This document shows positions 1 through 9,065 of a stretch of 36,488 bases of DNA, piece by piece. A program made the position numbers and the translations under genes. Source of the DNA: a virus. Taxonomy: Duplodnaviria; Caudoviricetes. The stretch lies in the IMG/VR virus record IMGVR_UViG_3300044825_001479, positions 1 to 36,488 of that record. The stretch is one strand, 5' to 3'. Within the stretch, counting starts at the first letter, position 1. The number at the start of each line of letters is the position of its first letter. A model generated the notes under the pieces. It was not told where the DNA came from. It did not search any database and saw nothing but the letters and a program-made list of their open reading frames with translations.

Positions 1-396
1 GGTCAGCCTGGCGTCGTTGCCAAGGATCACGTTCGATGAGCCGGTACCAGTATCAGTGACAGCGGCGGTACCGAGTCCGAGGTTCGTGCGAGCGGTCGCC
101 TGGTTCGACACACCCGACAGGTCATCGACCAGACCCGCGGCGGTTCCCGCCGGATCCGCTCCGACGTCGCTGGCGTCGAGCACGACGACGCCGGTCTCAC
201 CGTTCACCGAGTCGACCGCGCCGCCTCCGCCGCCTGCTTCGGGCAGCTCGTCCCAGGTCGAGACGCCGTCCCCGATCTTGAAGATCGGAGCGCCTTCTCC
301 GTCCCAGGCCACACCGGGCTCGCCTTCGAGCAGGACCGTCGTGCCGTCCAGGTCGTCATCGGAATCACGCCGGAACTGGAAGCGATACGTGGTCAC
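1..396 (-). CDS. Partial (runs off window edge) virion fibre/decoration protein with Mtd_N/hyaluronidase-N-like domain
   Basis: Not in the ORF track. GTG at 396 overlaps the upstream stop (GTGA). Manual translation: MTTYRFQFRRDSDDDLDGTTVLLEGEPGVAWDGEGAPIFKIGDGVSTWDELP...VDSVNGETGVVVLDASDVGA...ARTNLGLG. LLEGE-G...KIGDG-T-W--LP, VxSVNGxTGxVxL and ARTNLGL are typical fibre motifs. Confidence 0.75.
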   Translation of the reverse strand, partial: MTTYRFQFRRDSDDDLDGTTVLLEGEPGVAWDGEGAPIFKIGDGVSTWDELPEAGGGGGAVDSVNGETGVVVLDASDVGADPAGTAAGLVDDLSGVSNQATARTNLGLGTAAVTDTGTGSSNVILGNDARLT

Positions 397-776
397 AGCT
401 CGCCTCCGTCCAGGATGACTTCCTCGACGTAGGGCGGCTGCGGGGTGGCGACCTCAGCAGCAAACGGACCCTCTAGGTAGACCAGATCATGATCCGGCCG
501 ATGCAGGTCCTTCTCGTGCTTGACGCCGATGACTCGCCAGGCCTCGGTCCCCAGGACCACCTTCGACGTGATCGGCAGGTTGTAGCCAGGGCGAACCCAC
601 AGGGTGGCGGCAGCCAGAGCATCGATGCCCTCGGCCGTGGTCAGCCTGGTCGTCTCGTTGACCAGGCGACCGGGCACGTCCTCGACCGGGGCGACATAAG
701 CGTCGACCGACTCGCCGGTAGTCCCGGCGTAGGCGTACAGCGTGACCCGGTCGGGCAGCTCAGCAGTGGGAATCAC
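393..776 (-). CDS. Head completion / head-to-tail stopper protein
   Basis: 127 aa, directly after the adaptor in the head operon, overlapping start/stop; called mainly on synteny. Confidence 0.6.
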   Translation of the reverse strand: MIPTAELPDRVTLYAYAGTTGESVDAYVAPVEDVPGRLVNETTRLTTAEGIDALAAATLWVRPGYNLPITSKVVLGTEAWRVIGVKHEKDLHRPDHDLVYLEGPFAAEVATPQPPYVEEVILDGGEL

Positions 777-1159
777 GGCAGTGTCTCCACGAGCGGGCCG
801 GAGTTCGGGCGCCGGAGCCCGGCATTGGCCAGGGCCTCGTGCGCTCGGGGCGCCAGGGGCGGGGTCCGGTAACCGGACCGTCCGCCGACAGACTGCTGGG
901 TGGAGGCCAGGCCGTCGATGTTGCTGGCCTCGCCCACCTCGACCCAGAACTCGATCTGAGCGCAGACGGCGTCGGCCAGAGCAGCCGCCACCTCGTCATC
1001 GGTGGCCAGGCCGGTGTCGGGGTCGACGGTGTAGGCGGAATGGGTGTGGTAGTCGATGTGCGAGGAGGCTCGGAGCAGGAGCCGACCGGAGTTGGGCGGG
1101 GCGCTGGTACCGAGGAATGCAGCGAGCTGTTCAGCTGTAGCGTGCGCCTGGTCTGTCAT
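773..1159 (-). CDS. Head-to-tail adaptor protein
   Basis: ATG at 1159 after a GGAGGAAGAGG RBS. Contains ATAEQL...LLLRASSHID...AVCAQIEFW...LAPRAHEALANAGL, typical of actinophage adaptors. Confidence 0.75.
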   Translation of the reverse strand: MTDQAHATAEQLAAFLGTSAPPNSGRLLLRASSHIDYHTHSAYTVDPDTGLATDDEVAAALADAVCAQIEFWVEVGEASNIDGLASTQQSVGGRSGYRTPPLAPRAHEALANAGLRRPNSGPLVETLP

Positions 1160-1295
1160 GGCCCTCTTCCTCCGTCCCCGTGGGGTCTTTCTTTTATTCC
1201 TGGATGCCCCGGCTGCCTCTGCCCGCCCTACACGAGAGGAGACAACCGGGGCGCTCCCTGGGGCGTCGGGTGGCTGGGTCACCCGACGCCTGGGA

Positions 1296-1601
1296 TCAGA
1301 CTGCGGCTCGTGCCGCCTCGATGACTTCGATGATCTCGGCCTTGGTGGTCACGCCAGCGAGGACGATGCCCTCCTCGGCAGCGAGCGCCCGCAGCTCCTT
1401 GACCTTGAGATCCCCGAGCGTGTCGACGGTCGGGTCCTCTTCGTGAACCTGCTCCTCAACGTCGGTCACCAGGTAACCGGCCTGCAGCAGGCTGGCGATG
1501 GCGACAGGATCGTCCGTCTCCGCCTTACCCGAGCGAAACACGACGCCGTGTCGGGTGCCTCGGAAATCGGGGTTAGGTGCCTGGATCTTTGCCATGTTCA
1601 T
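1296..1601 (-). CDS. Small virion-associated protein with C-terminal HeH/Rho-N-like motif
   Basis: C-terminal LKVKELRALAAEEGIVLAGVTTKAEIIEVI; position after the major capsid gene is typical. Confidence 0.65.
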   Translation of the reverse strand: MNMAKIQAPNPDFRGTRHGVVFRSGKAETDDPVAIASLLQAGYLVTDVEEQVHEEDPTVDTLGDLKVKELRALAAEEGIVLAGVTTKAEIIEVIEAARAAV

Positions 1602-1638
1602 TGCTCCTGTTGGGTGTGCGGGGTGCTTGCGTACGGGA

Positions 1639-1678
1639 GGTGAGGACAGGCCAGGGGCGATTCTGACCTGCCCTCACC
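1639..1678 (-). terminator. Stem-loop after major capsid gene (terminator or mRNA stabiliser)
   Basis: Minus strand GGTGAGGGCAGGTCAG...TGGCCTGTCCTCACC pairs with G-U wobble, about 20 nt after the capsid stop; no clear U-tract. Confidence 0.5.
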
Positions 1679-1699
1679 AAGGCCCCGCACAGGGCCGAC

Positions 1700-3004
1700 T
1701 CAGCGGACCTTGATGTTGCGGAAGACCGCAGCTGCCTTGGTCGCCTTGAGCGCCACGGCCACCGGACCCATCTCGACCTCACCGGTCTTGACGGCACCAG
1801 AGGTGGAGAAGTCGGGCAGCCACGACTGCACGATCTGTCCGCCGATGGTGCTCACACCGAGGAAACCGTCGAGGCCGATGCGGACGGCGTACAGGTCGGT
1901 CAAACCACCCGTGTTGCCCGTTTCGGCGAGAACGGTCGGCTCCAGGGCGGGCGTGTCGAGCAGCTCGTCCTCGGCCACCGACAGGAGCACGTCGGCTCCG
2001 GCCAGGGCGCCACCGAACGTCACGGTGTAGGAGACGCCAGCGGAGCCGCTGACGGTGACCCCACCCGAGGGCACGTTGGAGAGGCCCTCGATGGCGGTGT
2101 CGAGATTCGCCGCGGAGATGTCCCACGCCAGATCGGCCGTCTCTTCAGCATCGTTGTCCACGACGACCCGCAGGCGGAAGGTGCCGCCGTCGGTGCCCGC
2201 CGAGTGCGTGATCGTGTAGACCGCCGAGTCGGGGTCACGCATCGGGATGATGGGCTCGTTGGTCCCGGCCTTGTTGCCGAGATCCACGAACGTCAGGTTC
2301 CCGTACGTCTCCCGCATGACAGGGCGACCGCCCTGACCGAGGAGTCCCTCGACCGGATCCCGGGTGTACATCCCCGTGCGACGGACGATGGCCCGCACCT
2401 TGGCGATGGCGTACTGGTTGCCCATGAGGATGGACGGATCGCCATCCAGCAACATCAGGAACTCGTCCAGAGCGTCGAGCGCCGTGTGCTTCGTGGCGGC
2501 GTTGGTATCGAGGTCCGACCAGTCCGTGGTCACGGTCTTGCGGAACTCGGTGTCGCTGCCGGTCAGCGCCACGTTCAGCCCGTCGAAGGCGTTGGCGTCG
2601 GTACCGGTGTCGCCGTTGATCACCAGGTCCTGGAACTCGGTGACGGTGGCCTTGATCTTCTGCTGCATGTTCAGCGCCACGGCGCTGGATGCAGCGGGGC
2701 CGATCTTGGCAACCACACGGTCCACCTGGAACGAACCACCGAGGACCGCCAGATCGACGCTCTCCTTGGTGGTGGTCACGTTCTGCGGAACGTACTCGTT
2801 GTTGATGGCTCGGGTGGACGCCGTGGGCTGGGTGACCAGACGACGGTATCCGTAGGTCAGGGTGTCGCCACCGCCAGCGGGGTTCACTGCGTCGTCGAAC
2901 ACCAGGGCATCGATGAGGACGGACTCCTTTCGGAACTCGTCGATCACCATGACGTCCAGATCGTCCTGGGCGTTGTTCTTGCCTTCGGCCAGGGAAACGG
3001 CCAT
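1700..3004 (-). CDS. Major capsid protein (HK97 fold) with an inserted ~100 aa domain
   Basis: ATG at 3004 after AGGAGG. Motifs LGGSFQVDR, INGD...FDGL and GEVEMGPVAVALKATKAAAVFRNIKV; follows the scaffold gene. Confidence 0.9.
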   Translation of the reverse strand: MAVSLAEGKNNAQDDLDVMVIDEFRKESVLIDALVFDDAVNPAGGGDTLTYGYRRLVTQPTASTRAINNEYVPQNVTTTKESVDLAVLGGSFQVDRVVAKIGPAASSAVALNMQQKIKATVTEFQDLVINGDTGTDANAFDGLNVALTGSDTEFRKTVTTDWSDLDTNAATKHTALDALDEFLMLLDGDPSILMGNQYAIAKVRAIVRRTGMYTRDPVEGLLGQGGRPVMRETYGNLTFVDLGNKAGTNEPIIPMRDPDSAVYTITHSAGTDGGTFRLRVVVDNDAEETADLAWDISAANLDTAIEGLSNVPSGGVTVSGSAGVSYTVTFGGALAGADVLLSVAEDELLDTPALEPTVLAETGNTGGLTDLYAVRIGLDGFLGVSTIGGQIVQSWLPDFSTSGAVKTGEVEMGPVAVALKATKAAAVFRNIKVR

Positions 3005-3138
3005 GTCAGTCCTCCTAGGACTAGTCAACTACGGAAAAGAGATGCCGTGTTTCCAAGTCCTGGCGGGACTGCCGATTTTCAGGTCCGTCGACCTACCGTT
3101 TAGAGTCCGTCGACTTGGGCGCCAGTTGGCGCCCGAGA

Positions 3139-3894
3139 TCACTTCGAGATGCCGGTTGCGGTGGCAAGTCGTGCCGCCACCGCCTGTTCCATGTTGGCAG
3201 GCTTGCCTGGCGGAGGCTCGCCGCCGTTGTCGCCGCCGGAGCCCGATGCCCCGTTGGCGCCACCGCCCTTGCCGGGCTCGATCACGCCCTGGCCCTTGAA
3301 CTCGGGGTAGTCCTTGGCGATGGCCTCCATCACCTTGGCCATGGCCGCTGCGTCGACCACGCCGTCCTTGACCTCGACCTCGCCGTAGCCGGGAATGGTG
3401 GCGGCGATGGCGAGAGCGGCCGAGATGCGGTCGGGCTTGATGCCTGCGATGCCCGCCTGGATCGTGCCCTCGGCCCGTCGAAGCGTGGCGTCGGCCGTGG
3501 CGGTCGCTGATGCGGCCAACTCCTTGGCCTCGGCTGCCTCACGTTCGGCCTTCTGCTGGGCCGACTCGTTCTCGTGTTCGGCGTAGGCGCCGAGGTCCTT
3601 CTCCCAGCCCGCCCGAGCGGCGCCGATCCGCTTGTTGATCAGCGCATCGAACTCCGCCTGCGTCATGTTGACGGGCTTCTCGTCCTTGCCTCCCTCGGGA
3701 GCCGGAGCGCCGTCTGCGGGCGCTCCACCCGCCGGAGCCCCGCCAGCGGGCGCCGGGGCGCCTCCCGCCGGAGCGCCGTCCCCGGAGCCTCCACCAGCGG
3801 GACCTCCACCGCCGGATCCGGCGCCACCGTCGTTGTCGAACAACACCAGGTGAGCGAGGTTGGTCCATCGTGTGCGTAGGGTGTGCGTCATCAC
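3139..3894 (-). CDS. Capsid scaffolding protein
   Basis: Low-complexity GGAPA N-terminus, MTQAEFDALINKR motif, helical middle, YPEF near the end; lies between minor and major capsid genes. Confidence 0.8.
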   Translation of the reverse strand: MMTHTLRTRWTNLAHLVLFDNDGGAGSGGGGPAGGGSGDGAPAGGAPAPAGGAPAGGAPADGAPAPEGGKDEKPVNMTQAEFDALINKRIGAARAGWEKDLGAYAEHENESAQQKAEREAAEAKELAASATATADATLRRAEGTIQAGIAGIKPDRISAALAIAATIPGYGEVEVKDGVVDAAAMAKVMEAIAKDYPEFKGQGVIEPGKGGGANGASGSGGDNGGEPPPGKPANMEQAVAARLATATGISK

Positions 3895-3907
3895 AGGGCA
3901 CAGGATA
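3895..3907 (-). promoter_or_regulatory. Putative -10 (TATCCT) for a leaderless scaffold/capsid transcript
   Basis: TAnnnT hexamer 7 nt upstream of the GTG at 3894 with no SD; same geometry as at 7087 and 26247. Confidence 0.5.
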
Positions 3908-3915
3908 GCTCGACG

Positions 3916-5499
3916 CTAGGACAGCTCGGGAAGAACCCGCACATGAACAATCGTTCTGGACGTCAGTTCCTTGACGGCCGTCACTTCCATACGAGTCCCC
4001 CGAGCCAACAGGACTTCAGCTTCTTTGCCTGGGATCGACAGTCCTCGGACGCCGGGACCGGTATCGATCTGAAGAGTGACCAGGTTACTGAACTGGTTAG
4101 CTGCAGCCTTCGAGGTAGAAGTTGAGACAAACGCATCGTCTGTCAGCACTTGACCCACGGCGTCCTTGCCGAGGTCGAACAAGCGCTCACCTTCCGTCCC
4201 GCCCAGACCTCGATATAGCGTATCCGTCACCAGGTCAGCGTCCGCAATGGCCTGGTCCACGCCTGCCACCAGCGAATCCAACCGGTCTGCATAGTAGTCC
4301 TTGACGTGAGGCACAAGCTTGGACTCCTGCCCACGAAGGAGAGTGTTGATCGCCTCATAACCACTTTCCGACGTGTACTGGGTAACGGCATCAGATGGCG
4401 AGATAGCCTGAGGTGGAATCGACAGGTCGCCCCGTTCTGCCCGCTTGCGGAGCTTCGCCAGTTCGTTGGCTGACGGGTTCTTGCCGTGCATGGTTCGGTA
4501 CCGGTCCACCATGGTCTGGACTGCGTCATCGTTTGCGGCTCGCACCTTGGCCTGGACATGCTGTCGGACGGGCGAGTCACCGAATGGCTCTGTCGCTACG
4601 TCCTGGCGCTTGGCCTCCTGGACCTTGCGCTGAGCCTTGGTCTCAGCAGCACGCTGCTGCTCGCCTTCCAGCCCAGACTCAGACTTGAACCGCTTGGACA
4701 GGCCAGGGATAAAAGGCCGCAGGTCGTGAGTGCAGTTCGGGTGAAACAGTCCCTCTCTGGTGGCTTCCTTCACCGATGCCTTGGCCAGCTTCCGCTCTTC
4801 GGGTGTGAGCTGCGCCCCGTCGATGAACAGGATCTCGCCTTCCCACGGTCGGCACTTCTTGCACTCGTCGGGCGAGTCCGACACGATGACCAAGTGCCGT
4901 CCGTCGTCCAGGTACTGGTTGAGGCGACCGCCGACCATCGCCTGAGCAGTGGCGGTCCGGACAGCCATTTGAGCGTACGTACTCGCCTTCCACACTCGGC
5001 CCTTACTATCGATGAAGGCGCCGAGTCCCTGCCGAGCGAGCTTGAAGACGGTACGCTGCGCCGCCACTCTCGTAGTAGTGCTGCCAGCGGCGACTTGCGA
5101 TACGGTCGAGGCGACGACACGTCGGTATTGATCGTCGGTCGCCCTCAGGAGCTGGAAGTGCGTAGACCGAAGCTTAGTGATCGTCTGCTCGACCAAGACC
5201 TCGACCGCTCGTTGGTTGGTCTTGGACCCGAGGGTACCGGTTACCGATGGCGCAACCGCCTGCAAACTGTCTTTGGTCACTTTGGCGGCGGTGGCGTCCA
5301 GGCGGCCGATTCGAGCCTGGGCTTGCCGCCGGACTTCGCCAATCTCGGCCAGCTTGCCCTCTGCCCAGCCTGGGGTATCTACGCCTCTGGCCAGCCGCTT
5401 GGCCACCTGAGACTGGAGGTCCAACTCTGCAGCTTCGTAGACCGAGGCGACCCTACGGGCGATCCGGTAGGCCACCTCCGGATCGGCAACCGCCATCAT
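3916..5499 (-). CDS. MuF-type minor capsid protein fused to a C-terminal ADP-ribosyltransferase (VIP2/C3-like R-S-E) domain
   Basis: N-part has FIDSKGRVW, CKKCRPWEG, GLFHPNCTH. C-part has YT..GYEAINTLLR, LYRG, FVSTS, KEAEVLL. Confidence 0.88.
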   Translation of the reverse strand: MMAVADPEVAYRIARRVASVYEAAELDLQSQVAKRLARGVDTPGWAEGKLAEIGEVRRQAQARIGRLDATAAKVTKDSLQAVAPSVTGTLGSKTNQRAVEVLVEQTITKLRSTHFQLLRATDDQYRRVVASTVSQVAAGSTTTRVAAQRTVFKLARQGLGAFIDSKGRVWKASTYAQMAVRTATAQAMVGGRLNQYLDDGRHLVIVSDSPDECKKCRPWEGEILFIDGAQLTPEERKLAKASVKEATREGLFHPNCTHDLRPFIPGLSKRFKSESGLEGEQQRAAETKAQRKVQEAKRQDVATEPFGDSPVRQHVQAKVRAANDDAVQTMVDRYRTMHGKNPSANELAKLRKRAERGDLSIPPQAISPSDAVTQYTSESGYEAINTLLRGQESKLVPHVKDYYADRLDSLVAGVDQAIADADLVTDTLYRGLGGTEGERLFDLGKDAVGQVLTDDAFVSTSTSKAAANQFSNLVTLQIDTGPGVRGLSIPGKEAEVLLARGTRMEVTAVKELTSRTIVHVRVLPELS

Positions 5500-7079
5500 T
5501 CCTCGCTGTCTGAATCGCCCGTGCGGTCCGACTCCAAGTCGGCTTCAGGTGCGGCGACCGTCTGACCGTTGTCCTCTCGGATCCGGTCGACTTCTTGCCT
5601 GATCGCCATGTCGTCCCACTCGGGATTGGCCAACTGGACCTTGCGGTAGATGGAGATCGCACCGGCCAGGGCCAGCGTGTTGATGAGGTCGGCAGTCGTG
5701 GCCTGGTCGCCGTTGTCCACCTGCGGCCAACGAAGCTCAGGCGTCTTGGGCTCCGAGGCGATCCCGCCCAGCGCCTTGGCAATCCGCAGATGTTTGTTGG
5801 CCTGGGCGACCAGGGCGGGCGTGAAGTATCGACGCTTGGCGTTGGTGGTGTCCCTGGACAGCGAGTCCCGGCTCAGCACCTCGGTCGCCGTCATCGGACC
5901 GTCGCCCTGCGCCCAGGTCACCGACTCGGGGTTGTACCCGGCAGCCGTCGAGGTCCGAGCGAACCGATCCTCGACGGTGGTCTTGAAATCGGTGGCCCGG
6001 ATGTCGAAATCGATAGGGCGGATCGGGTCGTGCGACTCCAGCGGCGAGTCGCTCATCGCCACGAACACCTCCCTATCCGTGTCGAAGCTGGCGCCATCGC
6101 CACGGCCCGATCGCTCCAACATGCCCTCGTCGACCAGGATTCGGCGCTTGCCGACTCGGACGTCGGCCTCCCATCCTGAGTCGGCCGTGTCCAAGGCGTA
6201 GAGCTGATCCTCGATCCCGGCGGTGTCTGCGCCGCCGATGTTGCCATCGAGGGTGACCGGGTGCGGCAGGAGATTGGGTACGTAGTCAACCATCAGCTCG
6301 GTCGACTCCAGGCCGACTCTGGTCAGATCGAAGATGCCTTCCCTGTCGGCCTCGATCTGGGCGGTCACCCGATGATCGCCCAGCGACTTGCGATCACCGA
6401 GCTTGTCGAGCGTGCCTCGGTACAGGGCGTGCTGGACCCGGCCCGGGGTGTGGACCTCCAGGTGGCGCCACACGGTGCGGCCGTCGCTCTCCTTACCAAC
6501 GACGGTCCACACGGTGCACTCTACCAGCTTACCGCCGATGAACACCGGGATGCCTCGGTTGTGGTGCACGACCCGCATGGTAGGGGTTGTGCTGCCCTTG
6601 TACCAGGCGGGCAGCAAGTAGATCCCGCCTTCACCGGACGAGACGTACGCAGCCTGCCACAGCTTCGAGGTCCATGCGTCTTTGTCGATCATCGTCTGTA
6701 GCTCGCTCTGCAGGACCTGGGCCGCTTGCGCCTCGGGCGGGATGGCCTGGCCCTCCGCCACTTTCACCTCAGCCTCGGGATAGGCGAAGGTGAAGCCGTC
6801 GCTGAATAGGAGCGACGCCGAAGTCCTGGCCACCTGCCTGGGCAGCGGGACGTGTAGCCGGTCGCTGGGTGAGGTCGTGCTCTCGGCCTTGCCCTGGATG
6901 GCGTTTGCCAGACGCTGGCGCCATGCCTGGTGAACCTGCCGCTGTGAGGCTCCGTAGAACATCGACAGGGAGGTAACCGACCCGACGAGCCAGGCCCGGG
7001 CTTCATCGATCAGGTGCTGGTTGGGCTTCCACCAGAGCGGTGGCCACTCCGAGTTGGCGCTGTTTTCGGGCAAAGGCAT
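5496..7079 (-). CDS. Portal protein (SPP1 gp6/A118-like)
   Basis: 527 aa after the terminase; motifs RLHVPLP..ARTSASLLF, TATEV, NPEWDD..I.QEVDRI. Confidence 0.88.
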   Translation of the reverse strand: MPLPENSANSEWPPLWWKPNQHLIDEARAWLVGSVTSLSMFYGASQRQVHQAWRQRLANAIQGKAESTTSPSDRLHVPLPRQVARTSASLLFSDGFTFAYPEAEVKVAEGQAIPPEAQAAQVLQSELQTMIDKDAWTSKLWQAAYVSSGEGGIYLLPAWYKGSTTPTMRVVHHNRGIPVFIGGKLVECTVWTVVGKESDGRTVWRHLEVHTPGRVQHALYRGTLDKLGDRKSLGDHRVTAQIEADREGIFDLTRVGLESTELMVDYVPNLLPHPVTLDGNIGGADTAGIEDQLYALDTADSGWEADVRVGKRRILVDEGMLERSGRGDGASFDTDREVFVAMSDSPLESHDPIRPIDFDIRATDFKTTVEDRFARTSTAAGYNPESVTWAQGDGPMTATEVLSRDSLSRDTTNAKRRYFTPALVAQANKHLRIAKALGGIASEPKTPELRWPQVDNGDQATTADLINTLALAGAISIYRKVQLANPEWDDMAIRQEVDRIREDNGQTVAAPEADLESDRTGDSDSEE

Positions 7080-7092
7080 GGGTGATAGTGTA
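7080..7092 (-). promoter_or_regulatory. Putative -10 (TACACT) for a leaderless portal transcript
   Basis: TACACT 7 nt upstream of the ATG at 7079; no SD. Confidence 0.5.
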
Positions 7093-7277
7093 GCCGTACG
7101 GTAGGGCCGTCCGCACGTCTATGCTGTTGGCAGGACCGATCGGGTAGGACCGGACTCGGGCCTGGTCGAGCCACCGGTCTTCCCTGGCCCAGGCGGGCAT
7201 GTAGGCGAGGTGTCGGTCGCTGGCCTTCCGGCGAGCGTCGTGTTCGGTGCAGGCAGCGGCGCCCTGGACCGAGCGTC

Positions 7278-8570
7278 TCACTCGGTAGGCGCCTTCACCT
7301 TGGTTTTGAGCCAAGGCCACCACCACCGGCTCGTTCCCATGACGCCGTAGCGCATCGAGTCACACGAGTGGTCGTTCTGCTTTAGCGGCTTGTCCTCGCC
7401 GTTCTTCGCCGCCTTGGGGTCCCACACATAGCCGGGGATCTCCTTTAGCAACTCGACACACGATGTATGGACCTTGAGCCTCCCCATGCCGAACAACGTG
7501 GCCACGTACTGGAGCCCGTCCCGGACATCGTTACTCGCCTTAGCTACCGGGTATCGGTCGATGTCGTACTGGCGGATAAGCGACGTTGCGGCCGGGTCCA
7601 CGTGAATACGGCGTGCGTTCAGCGCCCCGTCAACCGCCAGATTGCCGTCGGTCCCCAGCTCCACCGACTTGAGCCAGGCGATCGTCTTTTCGACCTTCTG
7701 CTTGTCGGTCAGCTGCACCTGCTTCGCTTTGGCGTCCCACCTGAACTCCCGTACCACGTGAACTGCATCGTCTGTCAAACCCAGGAGCACAGCGTTGTAG
7801 ACCGAGGCCGTGGCGTCATCGATCGCCACCTCCAGACCCAAGTACCGGTCCGGGTCCTCGGAGTAGACATGCGCCTCCTCGTCGAACATCGGCCAGATAG
7901 CGCCCTCAGCCAGGACCCACAGGCCCAGAATATTGCGCTGGAACCAGACCCCCGTGTTCTCCCGCTTCACCGACTCTACGTATTCGTCCTCCAGGACTGG
8001 ATTGTCCTCCAGCAGGAAATGCCAGGTCCGGTACCCGAGTTCACCCGCCTGATCCAGCACGAGCTTCGCCCAGTGATTCGGCCCATCTGGGTTCGTGGTC
8101 ACAAACCCCCGGGCACCAGGCACACGCAGTCGGTTGAGTAGCTGCTGCCAATATCCATCGCCTGGCAGGAGCGTCCACTCGTCTACATAGAACCCGGCGC
8201 ACGTCATGCCCCGGATCCTGGACTCCGCCGATACGTCGTTGGCACCGAGGATCTCGATCTCCCGGCCGAACAACTTCGCCCGGTCCGTCCCCTTGGTGTA
8301 GCTGAACTCGCCGCTCCCCGGCGGGAGGATCTCCTCGATCACCGTCAGAACGTTGCGGTACAGCGTGTCCCTGGTCCTGCCGATCATAACCAGGCGCCCA
8401 CGTTTGGGGGCATGGTTGGCCACGTAGTCCAGCCAGGCGATGATCGAGGCAAACGTCTTACCCGACGATACCGATCCCTCCCAGATGTTGACTCGGCCGT
8501 CAGCGTTGAGAATCGATATAATCTGCTTCGGGCTAAGCCACGCCTGGCCCTCCAGGTTATCGAGCATCAA
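7278..8570 (-). CDS. terL: Terminase large subunit
   Basis: Walker A EGSVSSGKT, Walker B FYVDE, TTNP coupling motif, nuclease motifs VDPAA and NDHSCDSMRY. Confidence 0.95.
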   Translation of the reverse strand: MMLDNLEGQAWLSPKQIISILNADGRVNIWEGSVSSGKTFASIIAWLDYVANHAPKRGRLVMIGRTRDTLYRNVLTVIEEILPPGSGEFSYTKGTDRAKLFGREIEILGANDVSAESRIRGMTCAGFYVDEWTLLPGDGYWQQLLNRLRVPGARGFVTTNPDGPNHWAKLVLDQAGELGYRTWHFLLEDNPVLEDEYVESVKRENTGVWFQRNILGLWVLAEGAIWPMFDEEAHVYSEDPDRYLGLEVAIDDATASVYNAVLLGLTDDAVHVVREFRWDAKAKQVQLTDKQKVEKTIAWLKSVELGTDGNLAVDGALNARRIHVDPAATSLIRQYDIDRYPVAKASNDVRDGLQYVATLFGMGRLKVHTSCVELLKEIPGYVWDPKAAKNGEDKPLKQNDHSCDSMRYGVMGTSRWWWPWLKTKVKAPTE

Positions 8571-8769
8571 TCACCCGAGAGGTCGACCCTGACCGCCTGG
8601 ACGTTGCCTTTCTGGTCAGCTCCATCGCCGGATCGTCGCAATCGCCCTTTTCACACCTTGCTGGCACGGCCGCTCGGAAGTCGGCCCACGACTGGGCGAC
8701 GATGCGGTGTCCGCACAGGCACAGAACCTGAGCGTACTGGGTAGCCCGGTGCGTTCCGTCTCGACTCAC
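8557..8769 (-). CDS. Small Cys-rich hypothetical protein
   Basis: CLCGH and CEKGDC; overlaps both neighbours as in a coupled operon. Confidence 0.45.
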   Translation of the reverse strand: MSRDGTHRATQYAQVLCLCGHRIVAQSWADFRAAVPARCEKGDCDDPAMELTRKATSRRSGSTSRVIDAR

Positions 8770-9065
8770 GTCCCACTCCCGTCGTGCTCGGGGAAGCCCT
8801 CAATCGGGACGTCCACGTAGCTGCCCTCCGTGGCCTCCCCCGTCGCCCCGGGACCGCCACCCTCCTGCTGGGCCGCACGGGCGACCGAGTCCAAGGGAGA
8901 GCCTTGGAGGACCCCAACAAGGCGACCGAGTGTCATCACCCAGTCGATCGTCGCCTCGTTCATCGCCCGATGCGCCCGCTGGACGTCGACCAGCGCCTCC
9001 GTCAGCTTGTCGTCATCGATCCCCAGATCGAGCCGCAGCTCCACCTTGCCATCTGCCTTAGCCAT
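8766..9065 (-). CDS. Hypothetical protein
   Basis: 99 aa with an AGGAAGGA RBS; fits operon packing. Confidence 0.6.
   Translation of the reverse strand: MAKADGKVELRLDLGIDDDKLTEALVDVQRAHRAMNEATIDWVMTLGRLVGVLQGSPLDSVARAAQQEGGGPGATGEATEGSYVDVPIEGFPEHDGSGT

Noticed and set aside
1-396. Diversity-generating retroelement suggested by the Mtd_N-like domain and the 97-bp repeat
   Set aside because: No reverse transcriptase in the window, and the repeat copies are identical with no adenine-specific mismatches.
3690-3830. GGAPA-type repeats in the scaffold gene
   Set aside because: Low-complexity linker common in scaffold N-termini; degenerate at DNA level.
7003-7326. Possible ORF between terminase and portal
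   Set aside because: Overlaps the portal start and its putative promoter, with no motif; cannot be supported.
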